Origin: Takakia lepidozioides
Lineage: Eukaryota > Plantae > Bryophyta
Direction: 5' to 3'
Length of the DNA: 64,000 nt
NCBI GenBank assembly: GCA_030704615.1
Contig: CM060731.1
Location: forward strand, 47,616,001 to 47,680,000
The notes under the pieces were generated by a model that was given only the letters and a program-made list of their open reading frames with translations, ran no database searches and was not told where the DNA came from. Below are positions 63,501 to 64,000 of this stretch, piece by piece; the stretch's first letter is position 1, and every line of letters begins with the position of its first letter. The position numbers were made by a program, and so were the translations under genes.

Positions 63501-63675
63501 AAAATGAACTCCACGCTTCTTTCACAGTTCGTTCGATGACGAAAACCATTCACCTTTTTGTCTCCATTGTCCCATCATTGACTGGGGTCGGGAAAGTGTT
63601 CATTCCAAAGCTTCTCCTCATCTCCCTCTGAAATCGGTGTGTGAACCGGGTATCGTCATCCCTTCCTCGCGCTGC
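60600..63675 (-). other. Possible spliced gene or gene relic of unknown family
   Basis: Several minus-strand segments look exon-like, ending CAG|GT (e.g. ~63060-63290 ..MDIDTVQ|GT, ~61690-61860 ..HQSGLQ|GTAAG, ~63475-63670 ..PSTVQ|GT). No recognisable domain. Confidence 0.3.
62255..62685 (+). mobile_element. Internal fragment of the same LINE family
   Basis: [39 protein letters not shown] matches the other copies. Confidence 0.88.
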
Positions 63676-64000
63676 AAAGACAGTTTTGGGCAGTTCGGGC
63701 AGAAGGACGTCCGGATGGATGGGCCATACTCGAGGTTTATGAGAGAGACCAGTTTTTGATTGATGGGTGGGGGGATGGTGTGGAGGAGTTGGAGGGTTTT
63801 TCCATGGGTCGTCTTAGTATAACAAGTACATTTGGACCATGATGTATCTGTATTTATTGATTATCTGTTGTGAGGATGTATTGGGACAAAATAGAGACAA
63901 TTGAAGACTTTTTGAAGCGGAGAAGAAGGATGGTCTTTATAAAATATGGTGGCCCTTACATGGATATTTGGTTTGAAATGTTTACAGGTGTCTGATTTAA

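Overview
Eukaryotic nuclear DNA from a land plant, probably a seed-free lineage (inference from gene style only). It holds six spliced or intact genes: KCBP/ZWICHEL kinesin (5' end not resolved), a PRXL2/AhpC-TSA-like thioredoxin-fold gene, a DUF167/UPF0235 gene, a PLS-class PPR gene whose E/DYW tail has decayed, a bacterial-type SDR with a PTS2 leader, and an 11-exon cathepsin B on the minus strand. There is also a PPR pseudogene and many TE relics. The most striking structure lies in a KCBP intron (6398-6983). It is a tandem miniature LTR retrotransposon (LTR-PBS-PPT-LTR-PBS-PPT-LTR) with a single GGCAA target-site duplication. Each 145-bp LTR contains a complete tRNA-like cloverleaf with Pol III A/B boxes, so it is a Helenus/Cassandra-like small-RNA-gene TRIM. 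Other highlights: a likely horizontally acquired, intron-gained peroxisomal SDR; a 5-nt microexon carrying the cathepsin oxyanion-hole Gln; near-identical LINE copies in inverted orientation around two catalytic cathepsin exons; a LINE nested in its own family with a 16-bp TSD; a long-TIR TG..CA element; and an RPA-like Helitron-type relic. Exon boundaries were read by eye and no database searches were run.
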